Shown here in pieces: positions 49,190 to 63,209 of a stretch of DNA of 64,000 bases. The notes under the pieces were generated by a model. It was given only the letters and a program-made list of their open reading frames with translations. It made no database searches and was not told the origin of the DNA. Every line of letters begins with the position of its first letter. Within the stretch, counting starts at the first letter, position 1. The stretch spans positions 1,054,001 to 1,118,000 of the forward strand of contig NC_043006.1 in assembly GCF_006345805.1 (NCBI RefSeq), written 5' to 3'. Position numbers and translations under genes: made by a program. This DNA is from Octopus sinensis. Taxonomy: Eukaryota.

Positions 49190-49740
49190 GAGAAAGGAAG
49201 GGGAGGAAGAGGGTAGGAGAGGAAGAGAAGGATGTGTAACAGGGGGAAAGGAGGAGGTGGAACAGGGGCGATGAGAAACGAAGAGGAAGGGGAGGAAGAG
49301 TTGGAGGAAGTTAAACAAGAAGAAAAGAGGAAGAGGAGGAGGAGGCAGAAGTGGAGGTGGAGGGATGATGATGAGGAGGTGGTGGAGGAAGCGAAAGAGG
49401 GGAGAGGGTGGAGTGGGCGGAAGAGAAAGAGGTGGAGTAAGGGTAGGTGGAGGAAGGGTAGGTGGAGGAAGCGAAAGAGTAAAAGGAGGAGGAAGGAGAA
49501 AAAAGAAGGGCAAGAAGAAGAGGAGGAAGAACAAGAGGAGCAGGAGAGAAGAAAAGAAGAAGAAGAAGAAGAAAAGAGGAGGAGGAAGAGGCGGAGGAAG
49601 ATGGGAGGAGAGGGAGGAGGAGGAGGAAGAATCGGGGGAGGAAGAGGTGGAGAAAGAGGAAGAGGGGAGGAGGAAGAAAAAGAAGAAGAAGAAGAAGAAG
49701 GAGGAGGAGGAGGAGGAGATGAGTGTGAAGTAAATGATAA
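49190..49740. repeat. Polypurine (GGA)/(GAA)-rich low-complexity tract
   Basis: Directly visible; produces the E/R/G- and P/S/L-rich spurious ORFs. Confidence 0.93.
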
Positions 49741-50855
49741 AGTAGTGATGGGACGAATTATACACCTGAGAAATAAGAAGTTTAGCTCTGCAGACAAAAT
49801 ACAACAGGGACTGACACTAAATACTTTGGCAAAACCTAAACTATAATTATTGTATGTATGTCATATTTTCTGATATTACACATCGTGGCTGAAGTATACT
49901 TTGCACAAAACCCATCTTGTGACGGGGAAAACTCTAGTGTATAATAATGTTCGATGGATGTGGTGAAGCTCTCGATCAATTTGATGAGTGTTTCAGTGTT
50001 TTAATCAAATCAGACTATTTTTAGACATGAAATACATGGAGAATTATTTTCTCAGTTAAATGAATTTTCTTGGCTCACTAAGCTTGAATTCTCCACAGAT
50101 TTTTTCATTCATTGTCTTTGAATGAAATAATGAAATGAATATTAAATTTCAAGCCTTTTGACTACCTATTGAAATCGGTGTTTGGTTTGATTAAGTATTT
50201 TGAAAGTAACTCGATATATTTCAACATGAAATAAAAATGTAAAATTTGCAATTAATTCCCAAGTCCTAAGGAATTGTTTTGATAATGTCATTTGTATGAA
50301 TATTGACTAAAATCCCTAAAAAATTAATAGAAATTGTAATGACAAGAGCTGGACAATGTTCTAGATTTTGAAGAATAATACAGATGTGAAAATATCTTGA
50401 TCAAACAGATTTCATGGATCTGAAAGCTGGTACGTTTCAGTAATTTGATTTAAGAGTTATGGAGGTTTTGTTAGTCGACTTCGGATCTAATTCTTTTGAA
50501 GGCAAAAATTCGTTTGTGTTTGAAGCGATGGAAACGAAACTGGACCTAAACATAATAATAATCGAAGAAACATTCAGATTGTCAGATTTCAAAGTTTGGA
50601 ATTGTATTCCATAGCATTTTGGTGCTCTCAAAATGGCCCCGACTGCAAAAGCACCCCAAATCATTTCCTCATCAATGTCTTTATGTAAAATATTATTCTC
50701 AGCACCAAGTAATATAAAACCAACAATAACAAAAGAATTGGCGATGACTTAAATACTGCCTGAATAACATTAAGATCTCTGCGCTTTCACTCTTCCATAA
50801 AGTAGTTTTCGTACCAAACACAACGGTAAAAACGTCGTTTATTCTAAGGTTATTT

Positions 50856-51316
50856 TACATACATACATACGTACATACATACATGCAGGCCAACATACAT
50901 ACATACATACATACATACATACATACATACATACATACATACACACACATAATACATACATACATACATACATACATACAACATACATACATACATACAT
51001 ACATACACACACATACATACATACATACATACATACATACATACACACACATACATACATACATACATACACACATACATACATACACACACATACATAC
51101 ATACTACATACATACATACACACACTACATACATACATAATACATACATACATACATACATACATACCATACATACATACATAATACATACACACACACA
51201 CATACATACATACATACATACATACATACATACATACATACATACACACACATAATACATACATACATGCATACTTACATACATGCATACATACATACAT
51301 AACATACATACATACA

Positions 51317-51347
<31 letters not shown>
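50856..51347. repeat. (CATA)n array with CA variants
   Basis: Directly visible. Confidence 0.97.
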
Positions 51348-51349
<2 letters not shown>

Positions 51350-51884
51350 GATGGCTGAAACCCGATTTCGAACAATAGCATCTCTTGATTGTTCTCTTAA
51401 GCACGGATAGCCAGGATCAACTCGCTTTTCAGTCTTGCAAGGAATTTAGATGTAAAAACGATAGGCATTTCCCGCCGTCGGTGTTTACAGAGCTATCCAA
51501 ACTAACACATGCTTTCTTTCATCATGGAATTTTTCATTGAGTGTTTTGTCTTTCTTGGCTACGGTCAGCCATAGCATGCAACATAAAACAAAGGTATTAG
51601 GAATCAAGCGATGCGTATACTTTAAGATTTTTAAAGTGAGAAAAAGCAGGTCGATCCCACTTTCTGAGCAACACATGCACTTACCCAAACAGAAGAACTA
51701 GTCAAAATCATTGGATACAAAGTCGTAGGTGTTACATCAAAGTTTTCCTTTTCCTAGAGAGATATCTACACAAAGACTAGGGCTCTCTGACCCCTAGTAA
51801 CCGGATGGTCATTGACTCAACAAAGTTCGTTCACCCTTTGACAGATTGTAATGGGTTACATGCTACCAGTAGCACTATGAGTGA

Positions 51885-51921
<37 letters not shown>

Positions 51922-52799
51922 TATGTATATATATATGTGCATATCCATGCAGATATATTTACATATTCCTATGCTTACATGTACACATCCAAAACAAGGT
52001 CAGTAATTTTGGGGGAGGGAATGAGTCGATTACATCAGCCCCAAGAGCTTTTACCAAACGCCCATTTAGTTAACTCGCCTTACGTACGCTTCATTAACAA
52101 GGTGATTGTTATTTACATAATGAAGACATATTGTCAAATCATCAGAGATATGTAACTTATTTCCTTTTTAGAGTTCTCCAACTCGATTGTTATCACCCAC
52201 GACTAAATGACAATTATCTGCCAACAAAGTGGTTAATTCTACATCACCCTCCATCTTGTAATTATTCACACACACACACACTCACACACATGCACACATA
52301 CACACACACACACTGTCGTGCACTGTTGCTGTCGACGATCCAAGGCTTGGTTTATTAATCGTTTAGACAGTACTATTTTGTCTTGATTCTCTAGTAACCC
52401 CACTGATCAGGTTAAGTTAATGTACGTGACAGTTTATTCACCGACGAACCGACCATAAAACCGGTTGTATTGGGTTGCATGTCATCAGAAATGCCCGTGA
52501 GTGACTTGACATGATATATGCATGATATAGAGTTGCATACACACATACATACATACATACATACATACATACACATACATACATACATACACATACATAC
52601 ATACATACATACACATATCCCTTCTCAAATTCAGAGATTGATCAGTGAATAAAGACTAACAGACAGACAGAGTCGCACAGGCACAGATGCAAACAGTTCC
52701 ACAGACATGTAGAAACATGCATATATAAACATCCCCAGTCAAACTCGCATACATTCACACACGGCGACTCACGCACATACAATATATAATTTTCCTTAT

Positions 52800-52990
52800 T
52801 GGCCGCATTTCCCATCTGGTAATCTTCCAGGTGCTTACTAGAAGCTTACAAAATGGTTCTTTTCATAAAACATGCTATCTACATCTGGAAATATAATGTA
52901 TACCCGGCTACGGTCTGCACATGATCAAGGACTGCAACTAAGTTAAAGAGACAAACTGCTGAAAAATGTATCTGAAACGACGAGAACCTT
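52800..52990 (-). mobile_element. Short fragment of the RTE-like family at 56200-59000
   Basis: ccgcatttcc.a.ctggta..cttccaggt.cttact and cggtctgca.at.at.aagga..gca.ct.agttaaagaga.aa.ctgctgaaaaa are shared with about 56910-57115. Confidence 0.6.
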
Positions 52991-53893
52991 GTTCACAATA
53001 ACAGTACAGAAGAGACGGAGTCCAATTACTTTATCCACAAGGTTATTGTATTTTTTAAAAATAATCGAACTCGGAGTTTCGGAAATATTAGTTGGTCACG
53101 GACGTATTTAAACTCAGACTGTAGAAACATAAACTAAATACTGCTCTTTGCTGGCTTAATTATACCTGGACAGAAGAGAGATCTGTATTCATATGACAAA
53201 CAGGTGATACAAGAAACTGAGATGTTCAGGCTGTTTATTCAGCCACTGTAGACTTATATAGACCCAATCAGGATTTCGTTTGCACCTTTAGCAGATAGAT
53301 AGATAGAGAGAGAGAGGGGGGGAGAGAGAACTAGACAGGCAGACTGAAAGAGAGATAGAGAGAAAGGAAGACAGACGAACATATAGATAGTGGGGAGAGA
53401 GAGAGAGAGAGAATCATGCAGACAATAAAGAGATAGGTATATAGGCAATATAGATTAATACAAACAATATTAACATCCAGACACTATGTAAACTCACAGA
53501 TAAGTGTACTGTAAGATAAAACAAAAATAATGTGCTCTGTGGACTCAGGCATACATATGATATCGATCCAGACATACACAATACAGACTTAGATACACAC
53601 CACACACAAACGGTATTGACCGTCATACACAACAGATACAGACTCAGTTATACCACAATACAGAGTCAGACACACACAATACAGATTTAGGTATATAAAT
53701 ATACACAGCGACACACACACTCAGTATAGTCAATCATACAATGTTGAGTCATTCACACATAATATAGACACACATACACGGGCACACTATTGACTTCTGG
53801 CCATGGGCACAGAGCTTCACTGTGTCTTTTAGATGCTCTCTTCGAAAGTGGCGACTGCTTGGTGCACTGGACAAGTGTCTTCTACTGTGGCCG

Positions 53894-54841
53894 GGCTGCG
53901 AAATTTTTTTCCCACGAGAGTTCCGCACCCCAGTAATGAACTCATTTGCCTACAGCCAATAAGAGCTCACCTTCACCTTGTTGTCAAGTTAACAATCACA
54001 CTCTACCAAGGAAACTCAAGACGAAGAACGGTGTTGTAAGTCGACCGATCGCCAAGTTATTCCTGATTTTAAGAAACAAGTAATTAGATTTGCATCTATA
54101 GCTATTAACGAATTTTTTAGGGTCCCATATGGTAAAACCGTGGATGGGGAAAATGTTGGTAGAGGGTGATGTGCTAGCAGCCCTCTCCCCTTAATGCTTT
54201 ACAAAGTAAACAACAATGGGGAAGCATTCCGTCGGTTACGACGACGAGGGTTCCGGTTGATCCGAATCAATGGAACAGCCTGCTCGTGAAATTAACGTGT
54301 AAGTGGCTGAGCACTCCACAGACACGTGTACCCTTAACGTAGTTCTCGGGGATATTCAGCGTGACACAGAGAGTGACAAGGCCGGCCCTTTGAAATACAG
54401 GTACAACAGAAACAGGAAGTAAGAGTGAGAGAAAGTTGTGGTGAAAGAGTACAGCAGGGATCACCACCATCCCCTGCCGGAGCCTCGTGGAGCTTTTAGG
54501 TGTTTTCGCTCAATAAACACTCACAACGCCCGGTCTGGGAATCGAAACCGCGATCCTATGACCGCGAGTCCGCTGCCCTAACCACTGGGCCATTGCGCCT
54601 CCACTAAACAACAATACAAATAATTACGCAGAGGCAACCATGGTTGAAACAAGAACAAGAACAACAAGCATTTTTAAAAGAGAAAAGAAGCATGGTCCTT
54701 CCTTACGCAAGGGGCCTTATCTTATCGCCCAACACTTGTTATGCGCTCATAAATATGTTTGATAGTTGAACTCTGATTGGCTGTATGTAAATGAGTTCTT
54801 AACCGAGGTCTGGATCTCTGTCGGGGAAAATATTCGCGGCC
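53894..54841. mobile_element. Non-autonomous TIR element (about 70-bp imperfect TIRs) inserted in a group A SINE
   Basis: 53894-53965 and 54771-54841 are inverted homologs. Group A sequence stops at gtgtcttctactgtggccggg on the left and resumes as cgtgagtggaattttgtagacggaaact on the right. Confidence 0.6.
54218..54604 (-). mobile_element. tRNA-derived SINE, group C (tail type 2), young copy
   Basis: 11-bp TSD taaacaacaat (54207-54217, 54605-54615); nearly identical to 25449-25841. Confidence 0.93.
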
Positions 54842-55771
54842 GGGTTTATAACGAAATCTTCGTGAGTGGAATTTTGTAGACGGAAACTTTGTGGCCCTGT
54901 TTTGGTGGAATAGACTTTATCCATCGACAATCTAGCACTAATTCCCGGGTTGCTCTAGACTCTAGAGAAAGAGGAGATCATTTCATCACTTTCTCCCTGC
55001 TAGCAACCTCTGGGCTCTTAAAGACAGTTATGGGCGCCGAACTTCTTTTGTGTTGTTTATATCACATAAATTTAGCATAAGATCACTTAGACGCTCATGC
55101 GCGTATTGATGTATTGCGTGTGCGTATTGTAAATTATCGGAGTCAGTAAGGGACTGGTACAATTTGTTTTTATTGATTCCAGAAGGATAAAAGACTAAGT
55201 CGACCTGAGAACAGCAAAGGTCATTACCAAATATCGCAAGTTTCTTTGTTTGTTACATTTCTGTTTCTTTCAATCTGCCGCCCTTAAAAACTTAATACGT
55301 TCATGAAATAAACACACGGTTATCAAATATACGAACAAAATCACTGATTGAAGCCCTAAATATTTCCATTGTTTTCATTAATTCATTACACTACAGTAAA
55401 TTACACACACTCATTAGAATAGCGTTAGAACTCAGAATCTAAATCAATACATCAAATATATATAATATTCGAATGACACTTTAATTCCGGAAAAATTTAA
55501 TCATATGGAGCTTTGTGCGTGAAGTGCTGTTAGTCTAAGTAAGAAAGAAGAATAATTGTCTTCTTGTTACGGCGGGAATTGGATGTGGGTGAGAGAATTA
55601 AAAAAAATTATGTTTAAATCTAGATTTGGATTTGATATGGAAAGACGATGTGCATTACAAGCATATGGTTAGATAGATTATGCACCAAATCCCAGTGCTA
55701 TAAAGGTGATCTATATGAGTTGTGGGGAAGATTATATCTTGCTTAAGAGAATAAAATATTTAAACAAATAA

Positions 55772-55960
55772 AGCTTTCAAATTTTTGCCACAAAGCCAGC
55801 AACTTAGGGAGAGGAGGCTAGTCGATTACATCGACCCCAGTGTTCAAAAGATGAAAAGTAAAATCGACGTTGGCGGAATTTGAGCTCAGAACGTAAAGAC
55901 GGACGAAATGCCGCTAAGCATTTGGTCTGGCGGGGTAACGATTCTGCCAGTTCGCCGTCT
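55772..55960 (-). mobile_element. SINE group B, internally deleted
   Basis: Group B head and actggggtcgatgtaatcgact on minus; 15-bp direct repeat tatttaaacaaataa at 55757-55771 and 55967-55981. Confidence 0.85.
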
Positions 55961-56199
55961 TTTTTTTATTTAAACAAATAATATGAAATGAAAGAGGTTC
56001 TTTCGTTGATTGATTCTTGTCACAGTTATTGGTTCACCACCCAATTAACAAGAGTTTCTTTTCGTGCCCACTAAAGTCTTCGATGTCGAAGGCAACACAG
56101 GAAAAAAAAAACAACTGAGTTAAGAATGACGAAATTTACAAAATCAATAAATAATAATCAAAGCAAAGATATCCAAATCTGGAGACCACCCCTTAGGTT

Positions 56200-59000
56200 A
56201 ATTCAGAGCATCCTACACTAAAGCCTCGATTTACTCTGATATAGAAAACCAAATGCTCTCTCTCTCTCTCTCCCTCAGTTCTTGCTACCTGCTAATAAAA
56301 GCATAATAGCCAGAATAAACCATTCTGGCCGCTTCCATCAAGCTTTCGTAAATATCTTGGACAGCTGCGTTCCCCTCTTTGCCTTTACCACGTCCTTCAA
56401 GAAGTACTTGAAGAAAAGTTTGCCTGACCGGAAAAGAAAGTCTCTGTCCTTAGACATTTTTACCGACACCTATCACACTAAATATTTAGCCATAGCCAAT
56501 AGACGGAGGAAGATGTCCCTCACTTTCTTGCCAGGTTTGATTTTCATATCCGAATAGCAGGACTTGTCCCTCACGTGGTGATAGCAACTGTTTGATGTAA
56601 ACCCACAATTCAGCGTTGTGCAAATACTGAAAGTGTGTACACAAGGAAGATTTTTCCATCTTTTAAGCTTCCGAAATAGATTCGGCTGTAGGCGAGTTAT
56701 GCTCACAAACTTTACTCCATATAGAAAATTCTTTACTATTGTATTACCAAGCCAACTATTTAAAAAAAAATTATCCGTAATCCCAATCAGAGATTTCTCA
56801 AGAACTATTCAACCTGCATTCATCGACAGCCAGAACATTGTTTACAGACCATCGTCGCTCATGTTCTCTTCTAACCCTTTATAAAAAGGGAAGTGCTGAC
56901 GTTCCGCTGCCCGCATTTCCTACCTGGTATGCTTCCAGGTACTTACTGGAAATGTACTAGATGATATATTTCCTCCGACATATTATGATATATTTCCTCC
57001 GACATATTATCAATACTTGATTCCTGGTAACACAATAGATACCAGACACCTGTCATCGGTCTGCATATTATGAAGGAACGCAGCTCAGTTAAAGAGAAAA
57101 GCTGCTGAAAAACGTTTCTCAAATTGCAAACAAACTCTTTAATATCGTGTTGTTCAATGGCCGCTGCCGACGTTAAAGCACCAGCTCATTAGACACAACA
57201 ATCATAGACTTCTAAAGTAGGCGTTCGCAGTACAAGACATTTGTTACTTCCAATAGCAGTAAAATAGCATACCATTCAATATAGTCATATATTTTTGGTA
57301 TAAGGTACGACGACCATGTCTTAGTATTCCACCAAAGTGATCAAGGGGTAAACCGCATCCACCTGATATGTCGCGAACAAATTTTTCTCTACTTATTTGC
57401 GGATGAAGCTAATTAATTTAATCACAACCTTCTCGCAATCTTTACACCCATGGAGATCCAGACTTGTTCCAGCTAATGCACTCTCTACCTGGTAGCGCTC
57501 CAGAACGGTGCTGGACACCTCGATTTCTGACGAGTCTCACTCCAAAACAGAAGCATCCCTAGCGTATGCACGCAGCCGTTTGTGTCGTAGTTCAATCAGA
57601 ATGTCTCTCAATATCAGCTAACTTTACAGCAATAGCTTCAATATCAAAACATGCTGGAGGGATGAGATAGAGTTGATGAGCTGAGTATGCAATAAGAAAA
57701 ACTTTCAATATTTGCCCATTAAGCTTGATATCCCGTAAAAGTCCACTACACAATATAACATTGTATTAATCTGGCCTCTGAAAGCGAAACTGGATTTGTT
57801 GTAGGTTTCTTTCCCCTTATTTCTGAACGAGATTGGTCATGCTGTTTTACAATTTCATTCTAGACATTATTCATTTGAGGCTTGAACAAAATAAAATCCC
57901 GAGCTCTTTAATCAAACTGTTGGCTCTACTGGTTTACATGGCTTTCCCAGTGTCGATCTGTATGGCAGTCGATTTGTCTCCGTTATGGCGAGTTTCCACT
58001 TTAACTCCTCCAGTATGTTACCAGCATCTTAGCTTCTGGTGTGCTCGATACCATCACAGTGTCATCATCTGCGTGTGCAGACACGGAGCTTTTGGTAATA
58101 GTTCGATAGAGATACTCAGCTCAGCATGTTCTACCGCAGCAGTATCTTTCTTAACTGTCAAAGTATATATGAAATATAAGAGCGGCATCCTTGACGGACC
58201 GAGTGCGTAATTCGAAAATGTTCCGATAAGTGGCCATTACGTTTGACCATCGAATAAATGCTAATGTACATTGTAATAATCTAGGCTCTGAAGACGAGTC
58301 TGAAACCAGCTGGGCTTAGCGCAGCAGCCAGTTAGCATTAGTCCATCACTGGTTTAAATTAATCATAGTATGACCGAAGCCAGACCTAGTCCTGATCTAT
58401 CACTCTAGATGGTGGTCATCGTGAATATATTTGCGTAGAATCCACAGACTTCAACAACACTACTGACAATATGCCTACGTTCTTTGGCGATCACCTTTTC
58501 TAAAATCTTTAATTCTGTGCATAGGAGAAAATATCGACCTAAAAAAATTGTTTACTATGTCCCCTTTGTTTGAGTACTTTCTCAGCACTTCTCCTTTCAG
58601 ACAAACGAGATGACTTCAAATCTGTTTCGGTTGCAGGAAACATCTGCTAAGACTGCAGTAAACAAACCTGTAATACGATGCAATAAGTGAACAAACCTGT
58701 TACGAATACAATTCGTAGGGCACACTAAGGAACCACTAGCAATTTACCCTCTTGCACAACTACTGACAAAGCCGCTACTTCAGTTGCTGAAATCGCAAAA
58801 ATCTGCTGCGATTCGGATATCACGAACTCATTCAAGTCTTCCAAATATAGAAGCATGGCCTTACAGCCTCGCTGTGTCCCTTCTACTCGAGATCCCCTCT
58901 ACCACCTAACACAAACAACGCACCCACTTTGTTTGGCGCCGATGAAATAGTGAAGGGCCACTTTTTGCTGCAAGCACATCGTAAACGATTCCTTTCCTCT
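56200..59000 (-). mobile_element. Long, heavily decayed RTE-type LINE (endonuclease and RT remnants)
   Basis: Ordered minus-strand remnants such as GILRHG, FNVGSG, FSAAFLFN, QTDD, KYLEAY and NTIVKNFLYGVK parallel LW.ILR.YG, F.V..GVRQG, LSP.LFN, YADD, KYLG and LLYG.ETW. Many stops; endpoints approximate. Confidence 0.55.
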
Positions 59001-59199
59001 TCGTCTCTTCTTGAAATCGATTGTCTGGCTCCTCCTCCTCCTCCTCCTCTAGGCGACTGGTCTGCATTACGACGACATCTTTGCTAAAACTAAAAGCGTC
59101 TCCAACCACATGACTAAAATCACAAGAAGCGGAACACACGACTGAATAATATTTAGAGAATTTGCGTGGTTCTTGTACAGCTGATGGTTATCATGTCGT

Positions 59200-60054
59200 C
59201 TATGATGATGATGATGATGATGATGAGGAGGAGGAGGAGGTGGTGGAGGGTGCTAAAAGTTGTAGTGATGTTGTAGGGACGACGGTGGCGATGTCTGTAA
59301 TGTCACCGGTAGCGAAAGTAAAAGCTCTAACGGTGGTGGTGGTGGTTGTGGTGGCGGTAGTGGTCGTGGTAGCAGCGGCGGTGACAGGTGTAATATCGCC
59401 GATGGTGGTGATGGTCTTTGCATTGCCGTGGTGGTGATGGTTGTAGTGTTGTAGTAGTACGGGCACTATTCGAGGTGGTTGTAGTTTTTGTAGTGGTGGT
59501 GGTGTTTGTAGAGTTGCAGTAATGGTGGTAGCTATCATGATGGCTTTGGTAGCCGTTGTAGTATTGTAGTAGTAGACGAATAAGTATTGGTTTTAGTCAT
59601 GCTTGTAGTGTGGTAGGGGTAGCAGTGGTCGGTGGTGGTGGTAGTTGTGGGAGGTGATAGTCTCGTTATAGTATTGTCGTTGTGGTTTTGGTTGCAGTGT
59701 TGTGATGAAAGTAGCGATACAGGATACCGGCGTGATATTAATGTGGTTGTGATTGTGGTGGTGGTGGTGCTGGTGGTGCTGGTGGTGGTGCTGGCAATGG
59801 TTGTATTGGTGGTAGTAGGAGTGGTAGCTGAATCGTTGCTGGTAGTAGTAGTGATGGCTGTTGTGCTGTTGTTATTGTGGTGGTGGTGGTGATGATGATG
59901 ATGGTAGCGGTAATTTTAAAGGTTGTGATAATTCGGGTGTTGCTGTGGTGGTAGTTGTCGTGGTGATAATAATTAATGTTAGTAGTAGTAGTTGCAGTAG
60001 TAGTAGCAATAACAGTAGTTGTAACGATAGTATAGCTGTAGTATAGTTATATCT

Positions 60055-60089
<35 letters not shown>

Positions 60090-60245
60090 TGTTGTTGTAG
60101 TTGCAGTATAGTAATAGTTATAGTAGCAATAATAGTATTAGTTGTAGTTATAGCAGCAGCAGCAGCTACACTAGCGAACTTCACAATTTATGGAGAGTTG
60201 TAATAGAAAAGTCTTACATTACGTTTATATGTATATACATACATA

Positions 60246-60328
<83 letters not shown>

Positions 60329-60744
60329 TATACATACGTGTATGTATATATATATATATGCATACATACATATATACATACATACATACATATATCTATG
60401 TGTGTGTGCGTGTGTATATATATATACATATATATATATATAATATACATACGTGTATGTATATATATATATGCATACATACATATACATACATACATGC
60501 ATACATATACACACACGTATATATATATATATATACGTGTGTATATATATATAGGTATATATACGTATATAGTTGTATATATATGTATATATATATCTAT
60601 ATATATACATATATATATGTATATATATGTATATGTATATATATGTATATATATATATATATAAAATATACACATATATATATATACATATATATACATA
60701 TATGTATGTATATATATATATACCTATATGTATATATACATACC

Positions 60745-60791
<47 letters not shown>

Positions 60792-60932
60792 CTTGAATGA
60801 AACAGTTCTAGTCCTGTAGAAGCTCCTTCTATATATAATATATATATATATATAATATATATATATATATATTATATATATATATATGTATATATATATA
60901 CATACCTATATGTATATATACATACCTAAATA

Positions 60933-60963
<31 letters not shown>

Positions 60964-62810
60964 GGTATATAAACGTATACAGGTATACATATATTTATAT
61001 ACATATATATACATATATATATATGTGTATATATATGTGTGTGTGTGTGTATGTATGTATCGATAGATTGACAGATGTGTGTGTTTGTGTGCGTGTGTGT
61101 GCACGTATGTAGTATAGGTAGCAGAAGTAGCGGTGCCTGTTGTAGTGGTGTTGGTGTTGCGGCTGAAGGCAGTGATTGCGGCTACAGCTGCAGTATCTGT
61201 CGTAGTGGTGTTGATAGTGCTGGAAGTAGTACGAACACTAAACATCAGGGTGCAGTGGTGGTGGTCGCAGTAGGAGTGTTGCAGCACAATTACAAATGAT
61301 AAGTAATGGTGCTGTTGTGGATAGTAGTAGGGTATAAGGTAGCGGTAGTGCAGGAGGTAGTAGGAGTGTAGCTATTGGTAGGTAGTTAGTAGTTGTAGTA
61401 GTAGTAGTAGTGTTTCTGTGAATAATGATGTTAGCGGTACTGTGTTTGTATTCTTGTGCAGACATTAAGGTACGTTGATGCTAGCGGTGGTGGTGGAGGT
61501 GGAGGTGTTGGTGGTGGTGTTGGTTGTAGTTTTGGTGGTTGTGGTGTTGTTGGTGGTTGTGTTGGTGGTAGTGTAGGTGGTGGTGTTGGTTGTAGTTTTG
61601 GTGGTTGTCGTGTTGTTAGTGGTTGTGTTGTTGGTGGTTGTGGTGTTGGTGGTTGTGGTGTTGGTGGTTGTGGTGTTGGTGGTTGTGGTGTTGGTGGTTG
61701 TGGTGTTGGTGTTGTGGTGTTGGGTTGTGGTGTTGGTGGTTGTGGTGGTTTGTGGTTGTGGTGTTGGTGTTGTGGTGTTGGTGGTGTGTGGTGTTGGTGG
61801 TTGTGGGTTGGTGGTTGTGGTTTGGTGGTTGTGGTGTTGGTGGTTGTGGTGTTGGTGGTTGTGGTGTTGGTGTTGTGGTGTTGGTGGAGGTTTGGTGGAG
61901 ATGTTGGTGGTGGTGTAGGTGGTGGTTGGTGGTGGTGTTGGTTGTAGTTTTGGTGGTTGTCGTGTTGTTAGTGGTTGTGTTGTTGGTGGTTGTGGTGTTG
62001 GTGGTTGTGGTGTTGGTGGTTGTGGTGTTGGTGGAGGTGTTGGTGGAGATGTTGGTGGTGGTGTAGGTGGTGTTGGTGGTGGTGTTGGTTGTAGTTTTGG
62101 TGGTTGTGGTGTTGTTGGTGGTTGTGTTGGTGGTAGTGTAGGTGGTGGTGTTGGTTGTAGTTTTGGTGGTTGTCGTGTTGTTGGTGGTTGTGGTGTTGGT
62201 GGTTGTGGTGTTGGTGTTGTGGTGTTGGTGGTTGTGGTGTTGGTGGTTGTGGTGTTGGTGGTGGTGTAGGTGGTGTTGGTTGTGTTGTTGGTGGTTGTGG
62301 TGTTGGTGCAGGTGTTGGTGGAGATGTTGGTGGTGGTTGTAGATTTGGTGGTTGTGTTGGTGGTAGTGTTGGTGGTGTTGTTGGTTAGTGATGTTGGAAG
62401 TGGTACTGGTGGTGCTGGAGTTGTTGGGGTGGTGTTAGAGGTGGTGAGGTTCGTGGTGGTGATGCTAGTGGTAGTGGTGGTGACATTGTTGTTGTTGGTA
62501 GTTGTGGTGGTGGTGGTGGTGTTGGTGGTGGTGGTGTTGGTGGTGGTGGTGGAGGTGGTGTTAGTGATGATGTTGATCGTGGTGTTGGTGTTTGTGGGGT
62601 TGATGGTGTTGGTGGTGGTTGTGGTGGTAGTGTTTGTTATTTTGGTGTTGGCCGTGTTGTTGTTAGTGGTGGTGGTTTTGGTGGTAGTGGCGTTGTTGTT
62701 GATTTGTTTCTTTCACAATTTCGGTGGTAGTAGTAGTGTGGTGGTGGAAGAGACGATTGGTGGTGGTGGTGTTGGAGATAGTTCGGTTTGTTGTTTTTGT
62801 TGTTTAACCC
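59200..62810. repeat. Large G/T-rich trinucleotide low-complexity domain (GGT/GTT/GTA) interrupted by a (TA)-rich block at about 60200-61100
   Basis: Directly visible; all V-, G/C- and W-rich ORFs here are its translations. Confidence 0.93.
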
Positions 62811-62829
62811 TGGCTAGCTTGCCTGTACA

Positions 62830-63170
62830 GACCTACGATCACTACTTTCACCAATACCACCAGCAACACCAACGCCAACACTATTACCATTACCTCCATC
62901 ACCATCACAACCACCACCACAACCACCACTACTACCAGCACCACCACCACTATTGCTACTAGTACTACTACTACTAGTACTACTACTACTATCACCACCA
63001 CCACCAGCACCACCACTACAACTACTACAACAACTACTACTACTACAACTACTACGACCAACAGCAGCACCACCTCCACCACTACCACCACAACTACTAC
63101 TACTACTACTATCACCACCACCACCACCATTTCTATAACCATCATTAGGACCACTACTATCAACATAACC
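62830..63170. repeat. (ACC)/(ACT) trinucleotide block, opposite strand polarity to its neighbours
   Basis: Directly visible. Confidence 0.93.
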
Positions 63171-63209
63171 ACATCCGTAGGCATCCCTTTATTTATTTCC
63201 TCCTGCATC

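Noticed and set aside
49054-49846. E/R/K-rich and P/S/L-rich ORFs, also at 27220-27919 and 42466-43033
   Set aside because: Products of polypurine and (AAT)/(AAG) tracts; overlapping open frames on both strands.
61456-63208. Gly/Cys-rich, Val-rich and Trp-rich ORFs resembling keratin-associated or shell/beak proteins
   Set aside because: All three frames are similarly open across a GGT/GTT low-complexity tract; no signal peptide, splice context or frame preference, and the same composition continues in flanks with stops.
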